A stretch of 64,000 nt of DNA from Candidatus Delongbacteria bacterium (GTDB lineage Bacteria; CAIWAD01), in contig OY760505.1 in NCBI GenBank assembly GCA_963663545.1, forward strand, positions 1,504,001 through 1,568,000, written 5' to 3'. The notes under the pieces were generated by a model. It searched no databases. It was given only the letters and a program-made list of their open reading frames with translations, and had not been told where the DNA came from. Below, in pieces: positions 29,741 through 39,602 of this stretch. The position numbers were made by a program, and so were the translations under genes. Position 1 is the stretch's first letter. Each line of letters opens with the position of its first letter.

Positions 29741-30690
29741 CACTCGCTGTTTTTGAGACTGCTCCGCGGAATCAGACAACGCATGTTGACTTCACGTCCG
29801 CTGTCCTTGAACTGCAGCGTGTACTCGTGGCGTCCCTCGGGCACTTCGATGTAGAAGACGTCGCCCTTGCCGGGCACGCTGTCCCGTTTCTCGTCATATT
29901 CGGCCACATCGCTGCGCTGGCTCTCGAGCACGTAGGTGTTCTTCAGCTTGCCGTCTTCAAAGGCCTTGATCATGTAGCGCTGACGGCCACTCATGGTGGT
30001 GTTCCAGTCGAGACGGGCAATGACCTTCATGAAGGTCGGGCCGATCACGTTCACCTTGATGTCTTCGCCGGTGCGCAGCGCGTAATACGGAACGCTTGAC
30101 TCGTGAACGACCACATTGCGAATGCCTTTGTGGATATGCGGCACGATGTCAATGTTCTGACCACGCGGAATCGGGTTGACGTACTGTTTGCGCATGCGCA
30201 GATAGACGGTCTCGGCGGCGCCTTCGCCCAGTTCGATGCGAACACGATGAGTTCCGGGACCAATTTTGATCACGTCGTCGCGGCTGACCGAAAGCTTGGC
30301 GCCTTCGCCCTGCAGGCGCGCCGTGCGCGAACGCGCGATGCTGTGCCGCAGTGTCTTGGCGTTTTCGCCATCCACCGTGTAAGTGAAGCTGTAGCGCTTG
30401 CCCTTTACCCGGCGCTCATAGGGAACGCGGCTGTAGATTTTGATTTCCGCCGGGCCATTCAGTTCGAACTCGGCGGCGTGGGAAGCGTCCAGCTCATAGT
30501 AGCTGCGCACTTTGCCTTCCACCTCGACCTTCTGGCGACGGCTGTTCTGCGGGCGTAGGCTGGTCCAGGCCGCCAGCGCTTCTCCCGCCATCAACACCAC
30601 GACCAGAGTCGCGACGAAAGCGGGGAGCAGGCGGCCAAAGCTTCGTGAGGTGGGATCAGAACTCGTTCTCTGCTTCATGGGAGAATCCAT
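29740..30690 (-). CDS. Hypothetical exported basic protein with two similar domains
   Basis: Signal peptide ...GEALA; repeats YYEL..GPAEIKIYSR / YYAL..GPTFMKVIAR and GPGTH / PEGRH. Confidence 0.7.
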   Translation of the reverse strand: MDSPMKQRTSSDPTSRSFGRLLPAFVATLVVVLMAGEALAAWTSLRPQNSRRQKVEVEGKVRSYYELDASHAAEFELNGPAEIKIYSRVPYERRVKGKRYSFTYTVDGENAKTLRHSIARSRTARLQGEGAKLSVSRDDVIKIGPGTHRVRIELGEGAAETVYLRMRKQYVNPIPRGQNIDIVPHIHKGIRNVVVHESSVPYYALRTGEDIKVNVIGPTFMKVIARLDWNTTMSGRQRYMIKAFEDGKLKNTYVLESQRSDVAEYDEKRDSVPGKGDVFYIEVPEGRHEYTLQFKDSGREVNMRCLIPRSSLKNSE

Positions 30691-30698
30691 TCCTTAAC

Positions 30699-31835
30699 TC
30701 AAATCATGTCGTCGGGATCGGCATTCGCTTCGCGCAGCTGTTGCAGCCGCAGATCAAAACGAATGACCACCAGTACAAGCACCGTCATGATCAGCACGGC
30801 AACGAGCACAACACGCAGATCGTAACGCTCTGTGACGAAAGTTGCACCATCGCCGGGCTCGGGAACCGCATTGAAGCGCAGGGGCAGACCATTGTCCTGC
30901 AGCAGCTTCTCAAAAAGGTGATTGCGGTACTTCAAGTTGATTACCGGCACGTTGTGGCGACTGAAGTAATGAATCACGCCCTCACGGGGATAATTCATCG
31001 GCTGAACGTGCTTGATGACACCCAGCGGAAGCAGCTGCCCATTCTCCACATGCCCCAAGCTGGCAACACCGCCGCCAATATTGAGGAAGGTGCCATAGCC
31101 GGCGGGCGAACCCTTGAGCTGCTCGGTGAACAAGTCAACGCGAATGCGAATGGCATCATCGACCGAAGGCGGGTTCAGATAGGGCACATCATTGCGCTCA
31201 ACGGCCTGGCGCAAGAGCGCGCGGCCTTCGGGCGGCAGACTGCGACCGCGATCGTCCGCACCTCCGGCGCTGGCGGCGATGCTCTTGTAGTCGAAGAGCC
31301 CCGACTCACGCAGCGCGGCTTCCATGTCAAGCCAGGTGAAGAGCGGATCGGTGGCCCCGTACCAGGAGGAGCTGACCGAGGTAATGATCACCGGATCGAT
31401 GCCCATTATCTTGCAGGCCGAGAATGCCGCCAGGTTCAGCGCGGGAAAGGAACCCGACACGCACATGGCCAACTTGTCGCCTCGCTCCAGGCCTGCATCG
31501 TAGAAGAGGTCGACCATCATCGCCGCTGTGTTGGGATTGACCGTCATCAGCTTAGCAGCATGGTTGCCCTCGAGGGTGGTGATCAGCGTGTTCTTCTGGC
31601 CCACAAGCATAGTGGCGAAGGGATCGTTGATCTCGTCGGCAATGGCGGCTTCGGGCGCGGAACTCTCGCGCAGCACGTCCATGCCCTGCAGCATCAATTC
31701 CGCAGCCGCCAACTTCTCATCATAATGCGGCTGACGGGCGTCAACGCGACTGTACTCGGCCCAATTGTAGAGGCCGTACGCAACAATGGCCAGGACCAGC
31801 AAGGTCCAGTTGGACTTCAGACTAGGCTTAAACAT
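30699..31835 (-). CDS. pgsW: Poly-gamma-glutamate system protein
   Basis: ITTLEG..AK, SGSFPALN, SSWYGAT, NIGG; follows pgsBC. Confidence 0.85.
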   Translation of the reverse strand: MFKPSLKSNWTLLVLAIVAYGLYNWAEYSRVDARQPHYDEKLAAAELMLQGMDVLRESSAPEAAIADEINDPFATMLVGQKNTLITTLEGNHAAKLMTVNPNTAAMMVDLFYDAGLERGDKLAMCVSGSFPALNLAAFSACKIMGIDPVIITSVSSSWYGATDPLFTWLDMEAALRESGLFDYKSIAASAGGADDRGRSLPPEGRALLRQAVERNDVPYLNPPSVDDAIRIRVDLFTEQLKGSPAGYGTFLNIGGGVASLGHVENGQLLPLGVIKHVQPMNYPREGVIHYFSRHNVPVINLKYRNHLFEKLLQDNGLPLRFNAVPEPGDGATFVTERYDLRVVLVAVLIMTVLVLVVIRFDLRLQQLREANADPDDMI

Positions 31836-32283
31836 GGGCAATCAACTCCCCGCCGGTGACGAGCATCATCAGCAAGCGAACGCAAGAGGCCACCAGCAAC
31901 AGGCACATCAGGGTTTTGAAGACGCCCTGCTTGTCCATCCAGTTGGCAATTAGGCCGGGGATAATGAATCCAACAGCCTGAAACTGCAGATCAACGCCAA
32001 AGGTGTCGTAGAAAATCGCCTGACGCGAAAAGTAACCCATTACAAATCCCAGCAGAATGCAGAGGATCAGGCGGCGGCGTCCGTAGATAAACATGAAGGA
32101 GCTCAGACCGCGCACGATACCGAAAGTGATAAAGCTGACCAGGAAGGTTCCCAGCAGGCGCGTGGGCTCATGCATCTGCAGGGCCACATAGCCGGGGACC
32201 ACGAGTCCGCCCGCGCTGACACCCACAACCTCCTGGAACACCATACTCAGGATGACTCCCAGGCCCACAGAGATCTCAATCAC
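31828..32283 (-). CDS. pgsC: Poly-gamma-glutamate biosynthesis protein PgsC/CapC
   Basis: AGGLVVPGY, YGRRR, GFIIPGLIAN. Confidence 0.93.
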   Translation of the reverse strand: MIEISVGLGVILSMVFQEVVGVSAGGLVVPGYVALQMHEPTRLLGTFLVSFITFGIVRGLSSFMFIYGRRRLILCILLGFVMGYFSRQAIFYDTFGVDLQFQAVGFIIPGLIANWMDKQGVFKTLMCLLLVASCVRLLMMLVTGGELIAHV

Positions 32284-33446
32284 GAACGGCTCCTTTCCTG
32301 GAAGTAATGTGCAACTTCATGTCCGCCTCCGTGGACGTTGCCGATGCCGTAGACGCCCATCTTGTGGAAGGGCAGCTGGGCAATAGTGTTGTAGACGACT
32401 TCGGGATAGACCAGACCGAGGCCGATGACCTTATCCGGCTTCATCCCCAGTTTCCAGCAGTAGGTCAGCAGGCGATCGGTACTTTCTCCGATGAGCACCA
32501 GCCGCTCGTACTGCGTATTCTCGTGCACCATTTCTACTAGCTGCAGACTGCGCTCGTAGCGATCCTGCCGCGTGTTGAGCATAAAGATGGTCGCACCCGG
32601 ATTTTCCTCGTGGGCGATCACGCGTTCCCAGATGGCCAGCGTGCTCTCCGGGTCGTTTGCCGCCAGCGCATTGACGAATACCAGTTCCTTGCCCTCGTGA
32701 TTCACGCGATGCAGCTGCAGAGCGCCGCAATCAGGCCGCGCCTTCAACATGCCACGCAGCGCCGTATCACGATCGATACCAAGCTCGGCGGCAACGGCCA
32801 TGGCCAGGGCGACATTCTCCTTGTGCTCGATGTAACCGAACTGGCGCATGTCCTCGTCGGTCACGACCGCATCGGTCACTTCGTGCAGCATGGTGCCACG
32901 CTTGCCGGCGACTTTCTGCATCAGCCCGATCAGCTTGTGCTCGCAGGTGTAAGCCACCTTGTTGCTGGGCAGGCTGTTGCACAAACTGCGTGCGACATTC
33001 TGCACCGTCGGCCCCATTTCGCGCAGGTGGTCGGGACGCGCATTCGTAATGACGCCGATGGTCGAATGCACCATGCGATGCTCAGCAACCCACTGATACT
33101 CCGGCATTACCGCCATGCACTCAATCACCATTGCCTGCGGTTTGCGCTTTGCCGCGAAGGCAAACACACGCACCTGTTCAATGATGTTGGCGCCGCGCGC
33201 GCGATAGATGGGAATCTCTCGCCCGTCTTCCAGAAGCACCCGAGGAGCGCTACCGGTGGTTTTGGCGATGGTTCGGATTCCACCCTCGCACAATGCGCCG
33301 TGGATCAATCGCGTTACACTTGATTTCCCGCGGGTGCCATTGACGTGAATGCGATGAGGAATCGAGTGGATGACCGAGTAATGTCGGCGTAGTTCGTAGA
33401 TGCCCAGCAGGATGAGCGCCAGGACAAGACAAACGATGATCAGCAT
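32280..33446 (-). CDS. pgsB: Poly-gamma-glutamate synthase PgsB/CapB
   Basis: IHVNGTRGKSSVTRLI, AKTTG, ECMAV, TNARPDH, AANDPEST. Confidence 0.95.
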   Translation of the reverse strand: MLIIVCLVLALILLGIYELRRHYSVIHSIPHRIHVNGTRGKSSVTRLIHGALCEGGIRTIAKTTGSAPRVLLEDGREIPIYRARGANIIEQVRVFAFAAKRKPQAMVIECMAVMPEYQWVAEHRMVHSTIGVITNARPDHLREMGPTVQNVARSLCNSLPSNKVAYTCEHKLIGLMQKVAGKRGTMLHEVTDAVVTDEDMRQFGYIEHKENVALAMAVAAELGIDRDTALRGMLKARPDCGALQLHRVNHEGKELVFVNALAANDPESTLAIWERVIAHEENPGATIFMLNTRQDRYERSLQLVEMVHENTQYERLVLIGESTDRLLTYCWKLGMKPDKVIGLGLVYPEVVYNTIAQLPFHKMGVYGIGNVHGGGHEVAHYFQERSRS

Positions 33447-33597
33447 AGTTGGTTGGACGATATCCCGTCGAACCCCTGCGGGTGCAGAAGGTCGACATTC
33501 ACATTTCTTTTGACACCGCTACCGAAGGTTGGCGATGTAGTTTTCAATAGACAAGCAGCCGCTTCGCTTCTCATGCGAAAAACGAAAGCCGTTTTAA

Positions 33598-33614
33598 TGC
33601 AGAAATTGCGCCAG
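33598..33614 (-). promoter_or_regulatory. Possible sigma-54 (-24/-12) promoter of pgs operon
   Basis: Minus strand CTGGCGCAATTTCTGCA (GG-N10-GC), about 150 bp upstream of pgsB. Confidence 0.4.
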
Positions 33615-33792
33615 AACACGAATTGCATCCTCGCCTTCGTCAAAGCTTCTATTCAAGCCCATCTCGGCCCATTGCGGCCTGGAAAAGGCAATTCGGACTG
33701 TCTGAAGAAACTCTCACAACTGATAAATCCCGCACACTGCGTATAGCGCGCTTTTCACACCGCACAGCGGGTGGGGTTCAACTCGCGAAGAG

Positions 33793-34512
33793 CTAATCCT
33801 CCAGGAAGTACTCAACGGTGTTCACGACGCGCACGACCTTCAGCTCGGGGCTATTACGATCGCGCTCGTCTATGGAGAAAAGGCCCTGGCTTGCACGGCG
33901 GATGCGCCCGACCTCGGATCCCGAATCGTGGGCGAACTGCTCGGCGGCGTCGCGTGCGTTCAGCGTTGCCTGGGCAATCATCTCAGGCTTGATGGCATTC
34001 AGGCCAGTAAAAAGGAACTCGGTAGGGTTCTCCCAAGACTGGTTGGTCAGTGCGATCCCTTGCCCCACAAGACTCGGCGTCTGCTCCATCGCCTGGCGCA
34101 CCAGGTCCACTTTTTGTGTACGCGTTGTCACAACACCCTGGGCGCGATAGCGGAACTGGGGTGCATTATCTCGTGAGCCGTAGAACTCGGCGCGCGTATC
34201 CTGAATCTGCGGCGAGGGCATGCTGATGTCGGCGCGTTCGAAGCCCATTTTCGTGAGGAATCCCACAATCAGTTCGCGTTGATGGTCGATTTCTCGCTGC
34301 AAGCTTTGTAGGTCGTTATCTGTGACGACAAAGCTGATGGGCCAGATGGCCAGATCGGCTTGCACTTCGCGCTCCGCCAGCCCTTTGACGGTCACGAAGC
34401 GATCTCCGCTGCGACTTGCCTTGAAGCCCTGCCCCACCAACAATCCTGCTAGCGCGATTCCGACCGCGACAAGCAGAGCGGGCACGATCAGGGAACGATG
34501 CTCAGATAGCAT
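33793..34512 (-). CDS. SIMPL (DUF541) domain protein
   Basis: VTVKGLAEREVQAD, IRRASQG, KVVRVV; GGAGG RBS. Confidence 0.85.
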   Translation of the reverse strand: MLSEHRSLIVPALLVAVGIALAGLLVGQGFKASRSGDRFVTVKGLAEREVQADLAIWPISFVVTDNDLQSLQREIDHQRELIVGFLTKMGFERADISMPSPQIQDTRAEFYGSRDNAPQFRYRAQGVVTTRTQKVDLVRQAMEQTPSLVGQGIALTNQSWENPTEFLFTGLNAIKPEMIAQATLNARDAAEQFAHDSGSEVGRIRRASQGLFSIDERDRNSPELKVVRVVNTVEYFLED

Positions 34513-34635
34513 GATATCCTCCGTTTCGGCATGCAAAACACCCGCACACAATGTAGCAAGAGCGTAGCGGCACAAGGACCCCGGACTACGGCCTTGCCGT
34601 GGCAATTGTACCTTACGGCAAACACGGGAGGAAGC

Positions 34636-35610
34636 ATGAGCACAGAGCGCGGACGCGTGCTGGTTACCGGAGCGAGTGGTTTCATTGGCTCGCATCTGGC
34701 CGAAAGCCTTCTAGCAAGCGGAAAAGAGGTTCGCCTCTTTTTGCGCTACAGCTCCCTTCCCGTGGAACAGCTTCTTCCTGAAGCCTTGCGGGCCTGCGAG
34801 GCAGTGCGCGGCGATATTCGCGATAGCGCAGCGCTACTCCGGGCGATGGAGGGCATGGACACCGTGTATCACCTGGCAGCACTCGTGGGTATCCCATACA
34901 GCTACGAATGTCCGGCGGAGGTATTCTCGGTCAATGCTGCTGGAACTGCGGCTGTCCTGGATGCCGCGCTGAAGTGCGATGTGTCACGCCTTGTACTGAC
35001 TTCCACCAGCGAAGTCTACGGCAGTGCTCAAACAGTGCCCATTCGCGAAGATCATCCGCTTAACGCGCAATCTCCCTACGCCGCAAGCAAGGTGGCCGCC
35101 GACCAGTTGGGGCTTTCCTACCATCGCAGCTTCGGGCTTCCCGTAGCCATACTGCGCCCCTTCAACACCTACGGACCGAGACAGAGTGCACGCGCTGTGA
35201 TACCGACCGTGATACAACAGGCGTTGACCGGCAAGGAAATTCTGCTTGGTACGACAAGCAGTACGCGCGATTTTAGCTACGTGCAGGATACGGTGGATGC
35301 ATTTATTGCAGCAGGTTCAAGTCCCGAAGCCGTAGGCTGTATCACGCAGACGGGAAGCGGCCGCGAAGTCAGCATCGGTGATTTGGTACAGATGGTAGGG
35401 CGAATTCTAGCGCGCGATCTAATGATTGTGTCACGCGATGAGCGACTTCGTCCACAGGCCAGCGAAGTGCAACGCCTCATCTGCGATGCTACGCTCGCAA
35501 AAGAGCGTCTTGGCTGGAGCAGCAGGGTCAGCCTGGAAGAAGGTCTGGCACGAACCATTGACTGGCTGCGTGATCATCCACAGCATCTGGGCAAGGGCTA
35601 TCAACGGTAA
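34636..35610 (+). CDS. NAD-dependent nucleotide-sugar epimerase/dehydratase
   Basis: TGASGFIG, HLAALVGIPYSY, YAASK, RPFNTYGPRQSARA. Confidence 0.9.
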   Translation: MSTERGRVLVTGASGFIGSHLAESLLASGKEVRLFLRYSSLPVEQLLPEALRACEAVRGDIRDSAALLRAMEGMDTVYHLAALVGIPYSYECPAEVFSVNAAGTAAVLDAALKCDVSRLVLTSTSEVYGSAQTVPIREDHPLNAQSPYAASKVAADQLGLSYHRSFGLPVAILRPFNTYGPRQSARAVIPTVIQQALTGKEILLGTTSSTRDFSYVQDTVDAFIAAGSSPEAVGCITQTGSGREVSIGDLVQMVGRILARDLMIVSRDERLRPQASEVQRLICDATLAKERLGWSSRVSLEEGLARTIDWLRDHPQHLGKGYQR

Positions 35611-35617
35611 GCTGATT

Positions 35618-36067
35618 GTGATACAAGCTGAAATCGACATCCAATCCATCCTGCAGGAGCTTGATCCGGGCCCCGGCTATGAGCTGGTTGGTGTCGGGAT
35701 TGATGTGGAAGAATTGGAACGTTTGCAGGAAGTAATGGCGCGTCGGCCCCGATTCATTCAACGTTGGTTCAGTAAGCCCGAGCAAATGCAGGTTGAGTCA
35801 GCAATTGTTCCCGCCGCTGATGCACTGTTTCGCTTCTGCCTGAAAGAGGCTGTAATCAAGGCTTGTTGGCCTGAAGTTCAACTCACTCCCGCACAAGTCG
35901 ATACTAGCGATTGCGGCATAGAGCAGGTCTGCGAACCACGTATCACAAAAAGCGCCAACTCGCTGTTTGTCTATGCCAAATGTCGATTTGATGTGGATCA
36001 CGCCTTGGCGTGGGCTGTGTGTTACAACGGGGCGAAGCAAGTCTCCGCCCCGTCGCATGGTGTCTAA
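35618..36067 (+). CDS. acpS: AcpS-like 4'-phosphopantetheinyl transferase
   Basis: GVGIDVE and RFCLKEAVIKA motifs; start uncertain. Confidence 0.7.
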   Translation: MIQAEIDIQSILQELDPGPGYELVGVGIDVEELERLQEVMARRPRFIQRWFSKPEQMQVESAIVPAADALFRFCLKEAVIKACWPEVQLTPAQVDTSDCGIEQVCEPRITKSANSLFVYAKCRFDVDHALAWAVCYNGAKQVSAPSHGV

Positions 36068-37446
36068 CTGAAGTTCAACGTGGCGTTGTGTTTGGGTTTG
36101 TGTGATGCAAACCCTGGCCGTCCCATACCGCCGTAGGTCAGAACTTTACCCGCTTCCACACCAGGCTGATCAAAAGTATTGATGCCCATCAGCTCACCGT
36201 TGATAAAGGTCTCCAGCATAAAGAACTGGAAGAGCTGTCCCAGGTAGTAGGCGTCTACTTTGGGTAGTACCAGCGTGCGTGATCCACGACCGGCCTCCAA
36301 AAGCGCTTCCGCGGTGGATTCCTGCTCAACATTAATCAGGCGCCCCATTTCCTGTCCGCCCAGATAAGCAACGGCGTCGTGCTGGACGAACTCCTTGCCG
36401 ATGGGGCAGGGTTTGCGGAACTCATTGACGCGAATGAAGCTCACCAGCTTGTCTGTCGGACCTTCCATGAAGAGCTGCAGCAGACTATGCTGATCTGCGG
36501 CCCCAAGGGCACCCAGCGGCGTTGAGCCACTGTACACGACTTCACCGGCGTTGTTGTACTTCTTACCCAGGCTTTCTCCCCAGAGCTGCACATACCAGTT
36601 GGCGACAAAGCGCAGTGCGCGCGCATAGGGCATGACCACATTCACACTGTGGTTGTTGCGGAACCAATCCCAAGCCATGACACTTGCGGTCATTACGCGG
36701 TTCTGTTCAAGCGAAGTCTCGGCTGTATCACGCGTGATATCCTCAGCACCGGATAAGAGCGCCCGGATATCGAGTCCCAGCATGGCTGCCGGAAACAGGC
36801 CAACCGCAGATAGCAACGAAAAGCGACCGCCCGTCTTGGGCGGAATGGGTAGCACGGCAATCTGCTCTTCGCGACCGATGCGCTGCAGAAGGCCGTCGCC
36901 GTCATCGGTAGTCAACACGAAGTGCTGGTTCCACGTATCACCAAGCGTCCTGCGAAAGTGATCGGCCACGCTCATAAAATTCGCCGCCGTCTCCGCCGTC
37001 GTGCCCGATTTACTGACAACGTTCACAAGAGTCTTGGCAGGGTCAAGCTGCTCCAGCACTTCCGTCAGCGCGTCGGGATCGCTGTTGTCAAGGAAGTGAA
37101 AACGCGGGCGACCGGCACGAACACCTTCCAGCTCGTTCCAGGCACTGTGACACAAGGCAGCCTGAATAGCGATGGTCCCCCAAGTGCTGCCGCCGATGCC
37201 AATCAGCAGGAAGTCCGAAAAACGTCCTTCCAGGCGAGCAACGAGCTCCTCAACGGTCTTCACTTCGGGACGTAAAAATGTATTCGCAAAGGTGCCGGTG
37301 TCACTGGCCACCATTTGCGACAATCTCTGCTGAATCTGCTGTAGAGCTTCACGCTGCTCGGCCACAAGTCCGGAGCGCACCCCGGTACCTTCCGGCAGGT
37401 TCTCCTTCAGCATTCGGGTCAAATCAATCTGGATCAGGTTCGGCAT
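36064..37446 (-). CDS. pgi: Glucose-6-phosphate isomerase
   Basis: GIGGS, SKSGTTAET, GGRFS, QLWGESLGK, DQHS, FDQPGVEAGK. Confidence 0.95.
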   Translation of the reverse strand: MPNLIQIDLTRMLKENLPEGTGVRSGLVAEQREALQQIQQRLSQMVASDTGTFANTFLRPEVKTVEELVARLEGRFSDFLLIGIGGSTWGTIAIQAALCHSAWNELEGVRAGRPRFHFLDNSDPDALTEVLEQLDPAKTLVNVVSKSGTTAETAANFMSVADHFRRTLGDTWNQHFVLTTDDGDGLLQRIGREEQIAVLPIPPKTGGRFSLLSAVGLFPAAMLGLDIRALLSGAEDITRDTAETSLEQNRVMTASVMAWDWFRNNHSVNVVMPYARALRFVANWYVQLWGESLGKKYNNAGEVVYSGSTPLGALGAADQHSLLQLFMEGPTDKLVSFIRVNEFRKPCPIGKEFVQHDAVAYLGGQEMGRLINVEQESTAEALLEAGRGSRTLVLPKVDAYYLGQLFQFFMLETFINGELMGINTFDQPGVEAGKVLTYGGMGRPGFASHKPKHNATLNFS

Positions 37447-37462
37447 GGATCCTCCAACAAAG

Positions 37463-37486
37463 AAAAAGCCACCTGCTTCAGGTGGC
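37463..37486 (-). terminator. Intrinsic terminator immediately upstream of pgi RBS
   Basis: Minus strand GCCACCTG-aag-CAGGTGGC-TTTTT. Confidence 0.75.
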
Positions 37487-37624
37487 GTTAACTGTCAACA
37501 ACGCAGTCGAAGCTCTCACCGACAAAAGTATGAAAGGCTCCCTAGCACAAAACTGCACTGTGCAAACCCCCAGCGGCTTGCACGAATGACAAGCTAATCA
37601 AGCCTGCGACTGTGGGCGAAGATA

Positions 37625-37792
37625 TTACTTCTTAGGCTGCTTGTTCTCGTTCGGCAGAATCTTGTACATGCCAGCGCCACAATTGGGGCAGACTCCACGT
37701 ACAGCGTTACGGCCATTCTTCATGGACAGTTTTACAACGTCCTTCATCTCGCGGTGATCACGGCACCGCATGCAATATCCCTGATAGCTCAT
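37625..37792 (-). CDS. Small zinc-ribbon protein (DUF5679-like)
   Basis: YCMRC...MKNGR...GVCPNCG; GGAG RBS. Confidence 0.75.
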   Translation of the reverse strand: MSYQGYCMRCRDHREMKDVVKLSMKNGRNAVRGVCPNCGAGMYKILPNENKQPKK

Positions 37793-37865
37793 CTGACTCC
37801 TCCCGATGTTCACTACACGAATATGGAAAGCTGAATCCGCTTCGCGCAACAGAAAAGCAACGCGT

Positions 37866-39584
37866 TCAACAATCCTTCTTGCCTGTGTCCCTTCGCTTTG
37901 AAGCCGCTTGCATAGGTCGTTTGAAATAGAACACTATTATCAAACCTAACATTAGTAGAGCAAATCCAACGAATACAACATTCTGTCCCGGGTCGCGGCT
38001 GACTTGAAGCGTGCTGGATTCGCCTCCACCGCTCCGGTTGAAGCCGGACTGGAAAAAGCGAAATCCGCGGTGCTTCACAGGCCGATTCATCTCCACCAAC
38101 TCATTGCGAGTCACACCGCCGCCGTCATCAAGAAGAAGGTGTGAGCTGTAAGCGGCTGCCATAGCTGATCCAGGATAAGTATCCTCAACAAAGTCCTCGA
38201 GTGTGACACGGAATCCCAAACCCACGCTACGCGGCAAGAGCGCCACCTGGCCTCCTACGGGTAGCGGCTGCCAACGCCCAACCTGCAGCCAGGTCGCCCA
38301 TCCTTGATAATCACCGATCTTCACTGCCGGATTGTTCAGGTCGTGGCCAAGGCTTCGCATACTGATTCGCGCTTCCGCGTGCGGTAAAAACTCGTCGATT
38401 GCAAGTTCCAACCCCATCCAGGGTAACAGCAATCGTGAAACACCGGGCGCAACAGATTGCCACAGCAGACCATCCTCGCCCTGCCAGCAGGCACACAAAT
38501 CCTCGTTGTGATACACGAACAGCACTTGATTCTGAGCAGTAGCAGCCCCACCCATGCCGCCTTGCCACTGGATCTCTGTGACACGACTATTCAAAGGTTC
38601 GCGGCCATTGAGGGGGTCGAATCCGGGGATGTTGACAAAACAGAGATAGCGGTCCTCACCAGCGCTTCCACGAACCCAGAATTGGACTGCTGGATTGCGA
38701 GCTTCTCCTCCGCGGTCCTGATACTGGCCGGACTCGTCAATAAAGAAGCTGCGGAATGTCCTGCCAAAGACCAGTTGAGTATTCGCATCAAGCTGAATCG
38801 TTTTCTCATCAACATTGGCCCGATGTGTCACACCGTTCCAGTTGTACGTCATTGCGAAGCCGTCCGGCTTGATGAATCGCTCGGCGACCGCAGTGCTGTC
38901 CAAGCCCTGTGCAAACTCTATCTGCAAAAGCTCACCGTACTGCGTCGTGCTGCGCATCGGATCATCCGCCAGCAACCACTGTGTATCACGAAAATCCGTT
39001 GTACTCAGCGTGTATTGAAGCGCGGCACCCCCCGCATTACTGGCGAGCACTTCTTCGCTGCGTTCCGCATCAGTAAACCAGGCTGTAGCGAGAAGCGTAC
39101 TTCCCGATGGTGTATCACACTTAATCGACAGGTCGTCGGATGATGAACGATGCTCCAGCCCCGATAGAATGGCAACAGGCATTCCCCTGGCTGTGTCACG
39201 GTAGCATACATCGAACTCGCGCAGAGTTACGCTGTCTGCCGTTTCGCCTTCCTGCAGCTGCATGTATCCATCAACAGCCAGATGGCGCGTGAGCAACCCT
39301 CCCGCCAGAATCAGCAACAGCGACAAATGCGTCAGAATCATTCCCGCGTGATGCAAATGGAATGGACGTCTCTCAAGGGTAGCCAGCAAGATATTCAAGC
39401 CAAATAGCGCCAGCAATGCATCGAACCACCCAGACTCGTACACAAACACACGAACCAGATGGCTACTTGTACCCGCCTCAATACGAGTGGCAATAGCCAG
39501 CACCACGGCAATCAGTACAAGCAGAACAACACCCAGCTGAACCGAGGCAAGAACGTTGTAACACTTCAATAGCCAAGTTTTCAT
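37866..39584 (-). CDS. ResB/CcsB-like cytochrome c biogenesis protein
   Basis: Three N-terminal TMs with THLSLLLILAG, MNRPV..G.RFFQS, SRDPG plus C-terminal TM. Confidence 0.75.
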   Translation of the reverse strand: MKTWLLKCYNVLASVQLGVVLLVLIAVVLAIATRIEAGTSSHLVRVFVYESGWFDALLALFGLNILLATLERRPFHLHHAGMILTHLSLLLILAGGLLTRHLAVDGYMQLQEGETADSVTLREFDVCYRDTARGMPVAILSGLEHRSSSDDLSIKCDTPSGSTLLATAWFTDAERSEEVLASNAGGAALQYTLSTTDFRDTQWLLADDPMRSTTQYGELLQIEFAQGLDSTAVAERFIKPDGFAMTYNWNGVTHRANVDEKTIQLDANTQLVFGRTFRSFFIDESGQYQDRGGEARNPAVQFWVRGSAGEDRYLCFVNIPGFDPLNGREPLNSRVTEIQWQGGMGGAATAQNQVLFVYHNEDLCACWQGEDGLLWQSVAPGVSRLLLPWMGLELAIDEFLPHAEARISMRSLGHDLNNPAVKIGDYQGWATWLQVGRWQPLPVGGQVALLPRSVGLGFRVTLEDFVEDTYPGSAMAAAYSSHLLLDDGGGVTRNELVEMNRPVKHRGFRFFQSGFNRSGGGESSTLQVSRDPGQNVVFVGFALLMLGLIIVFYFKRPMQAASKRRDTGKKDC

Positions 39585-39602
39585 CGTACTTCTCCCGTCC
39601 AA

